A stretch of 64,000 nucleotides of DNA from the NCBI GenBank assembly GCA_963746345.1, contig CAVVAN010000004.1:582063-646062 (forward strand), given 5' to 3'. A program made the position numbers and the translations under genes. The number at the start of each line of letters is the position of its first letter. Positions within the stretch are counted from its first letter, which is position 1. Positions 28,846 through 39,543 of this stretch are shown piece after piece. The notes below the pieces were generated by a model. It searched no databases. It was not told where the DNA came from and saw only the letters and a program-made list of their open reading frames with translations. The DNA comes from an uncultured Verrucomicrobiae bacterium (GTDB lineage: Bacteria; Verrucomicrobiota; Verrucomicrobiia; Limisphaerales; UBA11358).

Positions 28846-30688
28846 TTATTCCTGCACGAATTTTATCACGCGGGATTTCTCGGAACGCTTGCGCTGGTTT
28901 TCGTCGAGCACTTTTTTGCGCAGGCGCAGGTTTTTCGGCGTGGCTTCCACGAATTCATCCACGTCAATGTATTCCAGCGCGCGTTCCAGCGAAAGTTTCA
29001 GCGGCGGCGCGAGCTGAGATGCCTTTGCCGTCGCCTTGCGAACGCATGTTCGTCAGGCGTTTTTCCTTCACGGGATTGACGGGAATGTCATTTTCGCGCG
29101 CGTTCTCGCCGACAATCATGCCGACGTAAACATTGTCGCCCGGTTCGACCATCAAACGGCCGCGTTCCTGCACCATGTTCAGCGCGTAGCTGGTGGCTTC
29201 GCCGGCATCCATGCGAGACGAGCGAACCGTTTTTGCGCGCGGCGATTTCGCCGCGTGTCCGGGCCGTATTCGTGGAACAGATGGCTCATCACGCCCATGC
29301 CCTTCGTCGAGTTGACCAGATCGGTTTCAAAACCAATCAGCCCGCGCATCGGCACGAGCGCCTCGACGGAAACCTGGTTGCCGACGTGGTTCATGTTCGT
29401 GATCTGCGCCTTGCGGGCGGCAAGATTTTCCATGATCGTGCCGAGGTTTTCGCTCGGGAATTTCCACGAACAATTTTTCAATCGGCTCGAGCAGGTTGCC
29501 GTCGGCGTCTTTTTTCCAAAGCACTTCGGGACGCGAAACCAAAACTTCGTAGCCTTCGCGGCGCATCTGTTCGACGAGAATGGCGATCTGCATTTCGCCG
29601 CGTCCGCTGACCGCGAAAACTTTCGGGTCGCTCGTCTGCGCGATGCGCAAGCGCGACGTTCGTGCGGATTTCCTTCACGAGCCGGTCCCAGATGTGGCGC
29701 GCGGTGACGAGTTTGCCGTCCTGTCCGGCGAGCGGGCCGTCGTTGACGGCGAATTCCATCTGGATCGTCGGCGGATCAATCGGGATGTACGGCAGCGTCG
29801 CGCGCGCCTCGGAATCGCAGATCGTTTCGCCGATGAACACGTCCTCAAAACCGGCGAGGCCGACGATGTCGCCCGCGTGCGCTTCCTGAATCTCGATGCG
29901 CTTCATGCCTTCGAAATGGTAGATCGCGGTGATCTTGCCCTTGGTGATTTTGCCGTTGCCGTGACGGCAGATGGCCGGGATCGCCGACTTTGACTTTGCC
30001 TTCGTACAATTTTGCCGAACGCGATGCGCCCGACGTAATCGTTGTAATCCAGATTCGCGACGAGCACTTGAAAACCATCGCCGGCCTTCGCGCGCGGCGA
30101 CGGAATGTGTTTCACGATCGCATCGAACAACGGCTCCATCGTGCCGCTGGCGTGTTCGAGTTCCACCTTGGCGTAGCCTTCCTTGCGCGGAGCATAAATG
30201 AACGGAAAATCCAACTGCTCGTCCGTCGCGTTGAGCGAGACGAACAATTCAAAAACCTGGTCGAGAACTTTTTTCGGGTTCGCGTTCTCGCGGTCAATCT
30301 TGTTGATGACCACGATCGGCTTCGCGCCGGCTTCGAGCGCCTTGCGCAGCACGAAGCGCGTCTGCGCCTGCGGACCTTCGGCGGAATCCACCACGAGCAG
30401 CACGCCGTCAATCATGTTCATGATGCGCTCGACTTCGCCGCCGAAATCCGCGTGTCCGGGCGTGTCCACGATGTTGATGTTGTAATCCTTGTATTTGAAC
30501 GCGGCGTTTTTGGCGCGGATGGTGATGCCCTTTTCCTTTTCCAGATCCATCGAATCCATCAGGCGTTCCTCCGACGACTCATGCTGGTTGGCGCGGAAGG
30601 TGCCGGACTGCTTGAGCAGGCAATCCACGAGCGTGGTCTTGCCGTGGTCAACGTGCGCGATAATGGCGATATTTCGAATGTGCTTCAT
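28846..30688 (-). pseudogene. typA: translational GTPase TypA/BipA (at least 5 frameshifts)
   Basis: Start [22 protein letters not shown] at 30688. [12 protein letters not shown] and NKID are present. Downstream domains are distributed over ORFs 29478-29906, 29327-29650, 29179-29481 and 28964-29212. Reconstructed end is ..RVIKFVQE*. Confidence 0.9.
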
Positions 30689-30808
30689 AGATTCCAAAAT
30701 AGTCGAACAGGATGCCTTTTGGGTGGAAAAGGTCAAGCCAAGCGTGATGGAAAAATGCGCTACCCATTTTCGTTTGAAAATAATTCCGTCGTCCGTTATG
30801 GTTTGGAC

Positions 30809-31027
30809 ATGACAGCGGTGGAAATAATTGAAGAAATAAAACGCTTGCCGAAAGTCGAGCAAAGTCGCGTCATCGAGTTTGCCCGAAGTGCGGGAAATCG
30901 AATGCTGACTGGCGATGAATTGGGCGCATTGGCGAAACGGATGGTTGATGCGAAAGACCCTGCCGAAGCCGATTGCCTGAAAGAAGAAATTGTGCGCGGA
31001 TTTTACGGCGACGAGCCTCATGCCTAA
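30809..31027 (+). CDS. small antitoxin-like protein (addiction-module-component-like N-terminus)
   Basis: ATG at 30809 within a longer shadow ORF. 72 aa, [24 protein letters not shown].. Its stop overlaps the next start (ATGCCTAA). Confidence 0.45.
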   Translation: MTAVEIIEEIKRLPKVEQSRVIEFARSAGNRMLTGDELGALAKRMVDAKDPAEADCLKEEIVRGFYGDEPHA

Positions 31028-31265
31028 AATCCGCCGCCAGAAATTGCCCGAAGCGTTGCTGCGGCATCTTTTGACGCGGATGCGTCAACGAAACATTTCC
31101 TACGAACAAATCATTCTTCTCACCCGCTGGCTAGAAACCGAGCCTGAAGTGCCGGACGGAAAATGGTTCAAAAAATTCTCCGGCATGACCGTCTGCGGCG
31201 AAGGTGAACTCATCAAAACATTTTTACAACACGGACAAATTGCCACCGGCGAAGAATTGAATTAG
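31020..31265 (+). CDS. small hypothetical protein, translationally coupled partner of 30809-31027
   Basis: 81 aa from the ATG at 31020 ([18 protein letters not shown]..). Overlaps the upstream gene by 8 nt. Confidence 0.45.
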   Translation: MPKIRRQKLPEALLRHLLTRMRQRNISYEQIILLTRWLETEPEVPDGKWFKKFSGMTVCGEGELIKTFLQHGQIATGEELN

Positions 31266-31287
31266 CCTAACGACGCATTTTCTAAAT

Positions 31288-31581
31288 ATGTCAGATGCGC
31301 GCGACAAAAGAGCAGCAGAAATTCAAGACGCCATTCGTCAAATTCTTCGTTACGATTGGAATCCAATTGGATTTGATGTCCCATTAGACGAATACGACAG
31401 TTACATCGCGCCTGTTTACAGAATTTTGACAGGCAGCCGTTCAGAAGAGGATTTAATCAAATACCTTGATTGGACGGCTTGCAATACTATTTTTGGAATG
31501 CCGGAAAAGTCATCAGATATTTCTCGTGAAAAACTACGACCACTTGCCAAAAAACTTTTGATGCTTGATGTTAAATTGTAA
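31288..31581 (+). CDS. small hypothetical protein with a W(D/N)PIG motif
   Basis: 97 aa. ..ILRYDWNPIGFDVPLDEYDSYIAPVY.. No catalytic motif. Confidence 0.45.
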   Translation: MSDARDKRAAEIQDAIRQILRYDWNPIGFDVPLDEYDSYIAPVYRILTGSRSEEDLIKYLDWTACNTIFGMPEKSSDISREKLRPLAKKLLMLDVKL

Positions 31582-31613
31582 AAAGCATCTGCGTTAATCC
31601 GCGAAATCTGCGG

Positions 31614-32748
31614 TTAAACCAACTTTTTCAACCGCGCATCCTCGCCCAGTTTCTTGACCAGCTCCTTGATTTTCTGCGCCTGACTTTTGTGCGCGAGCAA
31701 AACCGCGTCGTCCGTCTGCACCAGAATCGAATCGCGCAAACCGACCACGGCAATCGGCGTGCGGTTTTTCGTCCGCGCGTCGTAGATGATGTTCCGCGCC
31801 GCGTCCACGTGGATGAAATCCGCCACGGCGCAATTGCCTTCCGCGTCGGCCTTGAGATGCCGCGCCAGCGCGTTCCATGCGCCGAGGTCGTCCCATTCAA
31901 ACGCGCCGTCGGCCACGATGACATTTTGCGCGTGCTCCATCAGCGCGTAATCAATCGAGACTTTTTTTATCGCCGGATATTCCTTCGCCAGAACTTTCGC
32001 GAGCTTCGCCGGATTGTTCGCGACCTTGAACCAGCGCTGGCACGCGGCGAACATTTCCGGCTGATGCTTTTCCAAACCGTTCGTGACCGTGATGAAACTC
32101 CAGACGAACATCCCCGCGTTCCAGCGATACTGCCCGCTGTTGACGTATTCCAGCGCGCGTCTCGTAAATTCGGCTTCTCGACAAATTTTTCCGCCTTGAA
32201 AAAAACCGTCTTCGTTTTTTTCGCGCCCGGCGGCGTCGGCAATTCTGTTCCCGTGTGAATGTAACCGTAACCCGTCGCCGGTTCGGTCGGCTTGATGCCA
32301 ATCGTCACAATCGCCTGTCCCTGCGCGGCCACATCAAATGCGTCGCGACAAAACCTGCTGGAATTTTTTTGCATCGGGAATCACATGGTCGGCTGGCAAA
32401 ACCGCCATGACGCCCGTCGTCGAGCGCGCGCCGACGAGCGCCGCGCCGAGCGTGACGGCGGCGCAAGTGTCGCGGCCAACCGGCTCGGCGACCAGATTTC
32501 CTTTCGGGATTTTCGGCAACTGTTTCCGCACCTCCGGCCAATTGCGCCTCGTTGGTGATGACAAAAATATTTTTCGCCGGCACAAGCGGCAGCACGCGCT
32601 CGACGGCTTCCTGCAAAAAGGATTTTTTGCCGAGCAGCGCGAGCAATTGCTTGGGCATCTTCTCGCGGCTCAACGGCCAGAACCGCTCGCCGCGCCCGCC
32701 CGCCATGATGATGACGAAACGGTTTTTAGCATTCATTGGTGCTTTCAT
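31614..32748 (-). pseudogene. mannose-1-phosphate guanylyltransferase (about 3 frameshifts)
   Basis: N-terminus FVIIMAGGRGERFWPLSR, then EPVGRDTCAAV, TIGIKPTEPATGYGYI, and an intact 165-aa C-terminal ORF. Confidence 0.8.
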
Positions 32749-33008
32749 AATTCAGCAATAAGGGCAAAAATTGGAAATTAAAGCACGAACTTGTGCCTGC
32801 CCCAAACCAAGGCTAACACCTCGGAAAAGCCTATTGCAAGCCCTTGAAAGTGGAGCCTCAAAAAAGTCAAAAATTGTCATTATTGCCTGTTGACAAAATC
32901 ATCTGTCGCCCTAAGATTATTTCAAATTTAGCTTTTTGAGCTAAAGAGGAACAGTTCAACGGTAAAAAATTAACATAAAAAACCAAGTCATACAAAGAGA
33001 AGGTCACT

Positions 33009-33740
33009 ATGAAACTAACCAAAATATTATTCAGCACAACGGTGGCGGGAGTGATTGCCTTTGCTGCAAGCAAAGCTTCAGCCGTTCCTACTGCATTCCC
33101 GTGGGCAAAACTCAACATCAGCGGCACCGTCACTGCGAGCGCAGAAACCTCCACCACCAATGGAACGGCCATAAAAAGCTCAGCATTAAAGACAGTCAGC
33201 TTTAACACCCAGAAGCTCATAGATTTGTTGAACGCTTCTCCCACGTTCGTCGCTGCTCTCACAAACCAGTTTCACTCGACGAGTTCTAACAGTGTTCCAA
33301 AAGGTTCATACTTCATTTGGAATCCCGACGATTATCAATTAATCATAACCAACAAAAATGGTTTTTCGTTTACCCTTGATAATAATCTTTCAGATGATGA
33401 CTTCGGTTATTTGGAAATTGATGAGGATTTTCTCACGGGCACTTATACTGAAAATGATACCACTGATGCTGGAAGCGAAGAAGACTTGACCGGCGTCTAC
33501 TTTGAGTTCTATGACTACAATGGAGATGAAATTGAGGTTTATGGCGAAGGCAAATTGAATTGGCATTATGATGCCATGTCTGCCGGCAGCCAGAAGACGT
33601 CTTTGAGTGTTTCAATGAGTGGAAGCGGTTATTATGCCGAGGTGGACGGTAATGAAGCCGGTTCAACATTCAAAGCATCCGGAAGCGGCACAGGAACTGC
33701 CGATCCTGTCGGCCAAAATCCATTCTTCTTGTGGTATTGA
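33009..33740 (+). CDS. secreted hypothetical protein (low-GC)
   Basis: 243 aa with a signal peptide, acidic D/E-rich centre and AT-rich upstream region. Confidence 0.5.
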   Translation: MKLTKILFSTTVAGVIAFAASKASAVPTAFPWAKLNISGTVTASAETSTTNGTAIKSSALKTVSFNTQKLIDLLNASPTFVAALTNQFHSTSSNSVPKGSYFIWNPDDYQLIITNKNGFSFTLDNNLSDDDFGYLEIDEDFLTGTYTENDTTDAGSEEDLTGVYFEFYDYNGDEIEVYGEGKLNWHYDAMSAGSQKTSLSVSMSGSGYYAEVDGNEAGSTFKASGSGTGTADPVGQNPFFLWY

Positions 33741-33760
33741 TCTGACTTTGCCAATTCAAT

Positions 33761-33796
33761 CCAAGACAGGCGTTGCCTGTCTTGGATTTTTTATTT
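33761..33796 (+). terminator. rho-independent terminator
   Basis: Perfect 11-bp stem ccaagacaggc/gcctgtcttgg, 3-nt loop, followed by attttttattt. Confidence 0.8.
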
Positions 33797-33823
33797 ATAG
33801 TGGAGCTGTTCTGAAGCAAAATT

Positions 33824-34510
33824 ATGAGACCAAAATTTGTTTTTGCGCTGATATTGTCAACCGCACTGATATTGGGAGCCACTCTCTTTTTGAAACAACA
33901 TCTGCAGAATACAGCCACGCCATCTACCAAGGCTGAAATCAAAAACTTTGTCCCTGAATCCGACGCTTCGCCGCAACCTCCTTTTCCACCCGCCAAGGCT
34001 GAAGCACTTCCCGCTCCTGTAATGACTGATGTCGTAACAAGTGTTGCTGCGCCAGCATTCACCCCCCCTGCTTCTACGTCGGTTGCCACCAACGCTCAGA
34101 CGCCGGAGGAGCATCAGGCGGCCATTGATGCGGAGACCGACCGACTCCAGGAGTGGTCCACGAGCGACGATCCAGCTTCGCTGCCCAACATATTGAATGA
34201 TTTGACCAATGCCGATAAAGAGATTCGGGTTGCCGCGATTGAAGCTGCCAAGCAATTTGGCAGTGCCGACGCCATTCCTGCGTTAAAGGCCGACGCCGAA
34301 GCCACAGATGATATTCAGGAGAAAATTGATTATTTGGAAGCTGCTGATTTTCTCTCGTTGCCCGGCATTTCCGATAGCAGTGTGCAACTGCCACTGACTC
34401 CTGAACAGATTCAGGCCGATGCACAGCGAAGAGCCCAAAGATTGGCTAATGATGCAGCCGAAGCGCAACATCGCGTTCAGAACAATAATTCACACGGAAC
34501 AGGCCCTTAA
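33824..34510 (+). CDS. membrane-anchored hypothetical protein with a HEAT-like repeat
   Basis: 228 aa. N-terminal TM helix, Pro/Ala-rich linker, ..DKEIRVAAIEAAKQFGSADAIPAL.. Confidence 0.5.
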   Translation: MRPKFVFALILSTALILGATLFLKQHLQNTATPSTKAEIKNFVPESDASPQPPFPPAKAEALPAPVMTDVVTSVAAPAFTPPASTSVATNAQTPEEHQAAIDAETDRLQEWSTSDDPASLPNILNDLTNADKEIRVAAIEAAKQFGSADAIPALKADAEATDDIQEKIDYLEAADFLSLPGISDSSVQLPLTPEQIQADAQRRAQRLANDAAEAQHRVQNNNSHGTGP

Positions 34511-34518
34511 AAAAACTT

Positions 34519-35337
34519 TTATTTTTCGATTTTTACCGCTGAAACCAGCGATTTCACAAATTTGCCGACGCGCTTGACCAAATCTTTTGATTTTCCGTTT
34601 TCAGCAATTTGATTCACCACCGCGCTGCCGACGACAACGGCGTCCGCGTTTTGCGCGACGAGCTTGGCCTGTTCAGGATTTGAAACGCCAAAACCGACGG
34701 CCATCGGCAAATTCGTATGCGCGCGGATTTTGGCGACTTGCGACGCAAGATTCGACGCTACCTGCGACTGCATACCCGTCACGCCTTCGCGCGAGATGTA
34801 ATAAATAAATCCGCTGCCGCGTTTGACGATGAATTCCATGCGCTCTTCCGGCGTCGTCGGCGCGACGAGATAAATGTGGCAAAGGCCGGATTTTTTCATC
34901 AGCGCCTCGTAATTGTCCGATTCTTCCGGCGGCAAATCCAAAACGAGCAAACCGTCCACGCCAGCTTTCGCGGCGTCGGCGATAAATTTTTCCATGCCGA
35001 CTTTGTGAATGAGATTGAAATAAATGTAGAGGACGATTGGAATTTCCGATTTCTTGCGAATGGCGGCGACCGTTTCAAAAACTTTTGGCGGCGTGGTTTT
35101 GGATTCCAGACCGCGTTGCGCAGCGAGTTGGTTCACCAAGCCGTCGGCGAGCGGATCGCTGAACGGCACGCCGAGTTCCAAAATGTCCACGCCCGCCTTG
35201 TCGAACGCGAGCGCAAGTTCACGCGTGGCGGCAAGATTCGGATCGCCCGCGCCGATATAGACGATGAAGCCTTTTTTGCCGTCACGTTTCAGCGCAGCGA
35301 ATTTATCCACAATGCGATTCATTGCCGGGAGTTTCAA
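34519..35337 (-). CDS. trpA: tryptophan synthase alpha subunit
   Basis: Intact 272 aa. ..IVYIGAGDP.., ELGVPFSDPLADG, ..GFIYYISREGVTG.. Confidence 0.9.
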   Translation of the reverse strand: MKLPAMNRIVDKFAALKRDGKKGFIVYIGAGDPNLAATRELALAFDKAGVDILELGVPFSDPLADGLVNQLAAQRGLESKTTPPKVFETVAAIRKKSEIPIVLYIYFNLIHKVGMEKFIADAAKAGVDGLLVLDLPPEESDNYEALMKKSGLCHIYLVAPTTPEERMEFIVKRGSGFIYYISREGVTGMQSQVASNLASQVAKIRAHTNLPMAVGFGVSNPEQAKLVAQNADAVVVGSAVVNQIAENGKSKDLVKRVGKFVKSLVSAVKIEK

Positions 35338-35416
35338 GTTTCAGGTTGCAAGTTTCAAGTTAAACCGCTGATTACGCGGATTTCGCGGAAATTTGTTTAA
35401 TCCGCGAAATCCGTGG
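35331..35416. repeat. intergenic repeat block between divergent trpA and aroC
   Basis: The gtttcaagtttcaggttgcaagtttcaagtt motif is related to the reverse complement of the 48391 repeat leader. There is also a 13-bp stem cggatttcgcgga/tccgcgaaatccg at 35377-35389 and 35401-35413. Confidence 0.6.
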
Positions 35417-35457
35417 TTCAATTTGACCCAGCAATGATTTTTTAGCATCTTTCCAAC

Positions 35458-36540
35458 ATGGCAAGCACCTTCGGACAATTGTTCCGCATCACGACGTGGG
35501 GCGAATCTCATGGCGGCGGCGTGGGCGTGGTCGTGGACGGCTGCCCGCCGCGCCTGAAACTTGACCGAGGCGGACATCCAGCCGGATTTGGATCGCCGCC
35601 GTCCGGGGCAATCCAAAATCGTCACGCCGCGCAAGGAATCGGACACGGTGCAAATCCTTTCCGGCACGTTCGGCGGCAAAACGCTCGGCACGCCGATTTG
35701 TCTCTGGGTCAAAAACGAGGACGCGCGGCCCGAAGCGTATTCGGAAATGAAGGACCAAATTCCGCCCGTCGCACGCGGACTTCACTTATTTCGCCAAATA
35801 CGGCATCCGCGCCTGGCAGGGCGGCGGACGCGCCAGCGCGCGCGAAACAGTTGGCCGCGTCGCCGCCGGCGCGATCGCCAAAAAAATTTTGCGCGAAAGA
35901 TTCGGCGTCGAGACTCTGGCCTACGTCAAGCAAGTCCAAAAGATTTCCGCCGAAATAAATCCCGACAAGGTAAAATTTTCCGAAGTCGAATCCAACATCG
36001 TTCGTTGTCCCGACGCAAACGCGGCCGATCAAAATGATCCGGCTCATCGAAAAAATGCGGCGCGAGGGCAACACCGTCGGCGGCATCGTCGAAGGCATTG
36101 CGCGCGGCGTTCCCGCCGGCTGGGGCGAACCGGTTTTTGACAAGCTCGAAGCGGACTTGGCAAAGGCGATGTTGAGCCTGCCCGCGTCGAAGGCGTTTGA
36201 AATCGGCTCCGGTTTCGGCGGCATTTTGCTGACGGGCCGCGAGCACAACGACGCCTTTCGCGCGCGGAACAAAAAAGTTTTCACGACGACGAACCGTTCC
36301 GGCGGCATCCAGGGCGGCATTTCAAACGGCGAGACGATTTTTTTCCGCGTCGCGTTCAAGCCCGTCGCCACCGTCATGCACGAGCAGGACACGGTTGACG
36401 AAAAATTTGAAAACACGACGCTTAAAGGCCGCGGCCGCCATGATCCGTGCGTGCTGCCGCGCGCGGTGCCGATGGTCGAGGCGATGACCGCGCTCGTTTT
36501 GGTTGACCATGCGCTGCGCCAAAAAGCGCAATGCGGTTGA
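35458..36540 (+). pseudogene. aroC: chorismate synthase (about 3 frameshifts)
   Basis: [23 protein letters not shown], ..[20 protein letters not shown].., [28 protein letters not shown], ..GRHDPCV.PRA.. read sequentially in different frames. Confidence 0.9.
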
Positions 36541-36584
36541 TTTTTTCCATCAGCCGTTGCATTTTTATCAAACATAGAAACAAC

Positions 36585-38003
36585 ATGGCTGAAAAAAACA
36601 TCAACGAAATTTCGCGCGACGCGCGACTGCTATTACACCAAGGCCAACGAAGCCGCGCAGCGGGAAAATGCGGATTACGCCATCGCGCTGTTCAACCAGG
36701 TGCTGGAAAAGGAGCCGGCGTTTTTTGAAGGCCGCAAGGCGTTGCGCGCGGCGCAATTCAAAAAGGCCGGCAGCGAGCGGCGGCGGATTTTTCAAAAAAA
36801 TGTTGAGCGGCGCCGGTTCCTCGCCGCAAGTGGCCAAGGCTAAAATGGCGTTGGGCAAAAATCCCGGCCGAAGCCATGGCCATCGCCGAGCAGATTTTGA
36901 ACGGCGACCCGAACAATTCCGCCGCGCATCGCATCATCGTGGACGCGGCGAGTGCGCTGGAATTGCCGCACACGGCGGTTTTGTCCTACGAAACGCTTGT
37001 CGAACAATTCGCCGAAGGACAGAAATCTGGCGATTGAATTTGCCCACGCGCTCGCGGCGGCTGGCGATGTCAGCGCGGGCGAAAATAATCGCGGCGAAAA
37101 AATCCTGATGGACCTGTTGCGCGACAACCCCAACGACGGCGAATTGAACCAGGCGTTGAAAAATTTGTCCGCGCGCAAGACGCTCGATGAAGGCGGCTAC
37201 GGCGCGCTCGAAGGCGGCAAGGGTTCTTTCCGCGACATTTTGAAGAACAAGGCCGAGGCCGTTTCGCTTGAACAGGAAAAGCGCGTCGTCAAAACCGAGG
37301 ACGTCACCGAACGGCTCATCGGCGAATACGAAACGCGCCTGCAAACCGAGCCGAACAATCTCAAGCTCGTGCGCTCGCTCGCGGAACTTTACACGCAGAA
37401 AAAACAGTTCGACCAGGCGCTGGAGCTTTACGACCGCATCAAAAATTCCGAGATGGGCAACGACCCGTCGCTCGAACGCGCGATGGCCGAGACGATGGTG
37501 CGCCAGTTCGATTTTCAACTGGAGCAACTTGAATCCGTTCGCGCCGGACCACGCCGAACAGGTGGCGAAAATCAAGGCGGAGAAATTGGATTATCAACTG
37601 GCCGAATGCCAGAAGCGCGTCGAAAAATATCCCACGGATTTGACCATCCGGTTTGAAATGGGCGCGCTTTATTTTCAGGCGGGCAAATTCAGCGAAGCCA
37701 TCCAGGAATTTCAAAAGGCGCAGAAACAATCCGCACAAACGTCTCGCCGCGATGAGTTATCTCGCGCAGTGCTACGCAAAAAGAAAGATGTTCGATCTCG
37801 CCGCACGCACGTTGCAGAACGCCATCAAGGAAAAACCCGCGTTTGACGACGAGAAGAAAGACCTGATTTACAATCTCGGCTGCGTGTTCGAAAACATGGG
37901 CAAAAAAGAGGAAGCCATCGAACAGTTCAAACTCATTTACGAAATGGACGCGAGCTACAAAGATGTCACTGCCAAGGTGGAAGCGTTTTACGCGGGGCAG
38001 TGA
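36585..38003 (+). pseudogene. TPR-repeat protein (at least 6 frameshifts)
   Basis: Start MAEKNINEISRDAR. TPR-like segments continue through ORFs 36668.., 36952.., 37268.. and 37653..38003 (..FKLIYEMDASYKDVTAKVEAFYAGQ*). Confidence 0.6.
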
Positions 38004-38082
38004 ATGAAATAATTTGCCACCTTTGTCGACGCATGACTAATTTTAATTCACATGCGTTCTGCATGCGCGATTATCTGAAGAT

Positions 38083-38574
38083 ATGAAGAATTGGATTCAG
38101 TTTGCGGGACTCACAATGTTATTGTATTTCAGCTTTAGTATGTTGACCGGTTGCGAGTCATTGCAGGATACATCATTTGCCCCACTCGACGCCAAACTTG
38201 AACCCATCCCCGGTGGAGGCGCACAATACTTTGTGGTCGTCAATGCCAGCAGACAGACATTGCATAACTTCCGCTTCTCGGTCGATATGTGGGACGATCA
38301 CGCCATCACCTTTATCGGAAATGACCCCACCACTATTCCGATTCATCTTCCAGCAATGACATACAGATTCACAAGTTCCGGCTCCGAATTGAAACCCGGT
38401 GAAGTGGTGCATTTTAGAAAAGATCAAGGGATGGGCGCCGAAGGTCCGGTTCTCAATCCGGCATCCAGAGTGCAGATTGCCGGCAGTTGTGATGAGGGGC
38501 GTTTCCGCGAAGATTGGCAGGTCAACGGATCTGGCCAGTTACAGCCGATTGGTACCGGCCCACATGGAGAATGA
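38083..38574 (+). CDS. lipoprotein of unknown function
   Basis: 163 aa with lipobox MLTGC|E. Lower GC. Confidence 0.5.
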   Translation: MKNWIQFAGLTMLLYFSFSMLTGCESLQDTSFAPLDAKLEPIPGGGAQYFVVVNASRQTLHNFRFSVDMWDDHAITFIGNDPTTIPIHLPAMTYRFTSSGSELKPGEVVHFRKDQGMGAEGPVLNPASRVQIAGSCDEGRFREDWQVNGSGQLQPIGTGPHGE

Positions 38575-38593
38575 CTTGTGCAGCTTTGGATCG

Positions 38594-39451
38594 TCAGCCG
38601 GAGATTTTAACGCTGAACATTTCCGCGTTCATTGTGCCCTCAAAAACTTTCGTCACCGCGCCGGTCATGCGAATCGCATAATCGTCGCCGATCTCAATCT
38701 CAATGATTCCGCCGGGCATGTGGACGGAAATCTCATTGTCGCATCGGCCAAGTTTGTGCGCCACCGCCGCCGCCGCGCTGCTGCTGCTGCCGCTGGCCAG
38801 CGTGTAGCCCGCGCCGCGCTCCCAGATTTCAATCTGGATGTTTTTCCGATCGAGGATTTTCATGAGCTGCACGTTGGTGCGATTTGGAAAACGCAAATGC
38901 GTTTCGAGCATGGGACCGATTTGCTTCGCCAGCTCGGCGCTGATATTAGGCAGCGGAAGCACGCAATGCGGATTGCCTATGGTGGCGCCGCAAAAATTAA
39001 ACCGCTGGCCGCGCAAATAAATCGGTTCGTTGATGACTTCGCGGCGCGGGCCGGCCACGGGAATTTCATCGCTCCAAAAACTGACTTTGCCCATTTCAAC
39101 GCGCACGATTTTGCCGCGTTCCATGACGGTGGCTTGCACCAGACCGCCGCGCGTCTCTATGGCAAAATCGTCTTTGCGGACAAGTTTTCGATCCCACAAG
39201 TAACGCGAAAAAATCCGCAGGCCGTTGCCACTTTTTTCCGCCTCGCTGCCGTTGGGATTGAAAATGCGCAGCGCGAACTTCGCTTTCTTCGACGGCAACG
39301 GGCCGAGCAGAATTCCATCCGAGCCGACGCCGAAATTTCTGTGGCAGATAATTTTGATTTGCTCCGGCGTCAGCGGCGACGGCAGATTTTTCGGGTCAAT
39401 GACAATGTAGTCGTTGCCCAGCGCATGATATTTTGTGAACGCCCAAACCAT
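38594..39451 (-). CDS. diaminopimelate epimerase homologue with Ser at both catalytic Cys positions
   Basis: Intact 285 aa, colinear with DapF (HALGNDY.V.D, FNPNGSEAEK-S-GNG, GNPHCV, ERGAGYTLA-S-GSS). Ser74 codon AGT is at 39230-39232 and Ser220 codon AGC at 38792-38794. Confidence 0.75.
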   Translation of the reverse strand: MVWAFTKYHALGNDYIVIDPKNLPSPLTPEQIKIICHRNFGVGSDGILLGPLPSKKAKFALRIFNPNGSEAEKSGNGLRIFSRYLWDRKLVRKDDFAIETRGGLVQATVMERGKIVRVEMGKVSFWSDEIPVAGPRREVINEPIYLRGQRFNFCGATIGNPHCVLPLPNISAELAKQIGPMLETHLRFPNRTNVQLMKILDRKNIQIEIWERGAGYTLASGSSSSAAAAVAHKLGRCDNEISVHMPGGIIEIEIGDDYAIRMTGAVTKVFEGTMNAEMFSVKISG

Positions 39452-39543
39452 GAACGAAAGGATACTGCTTTGCGTCCAAAGAGCAAAACGAGAATGTGCG
39501 CGGGATTAAAAAACTTTTCAACCGGCTGAAAAACTTGCAAAGT

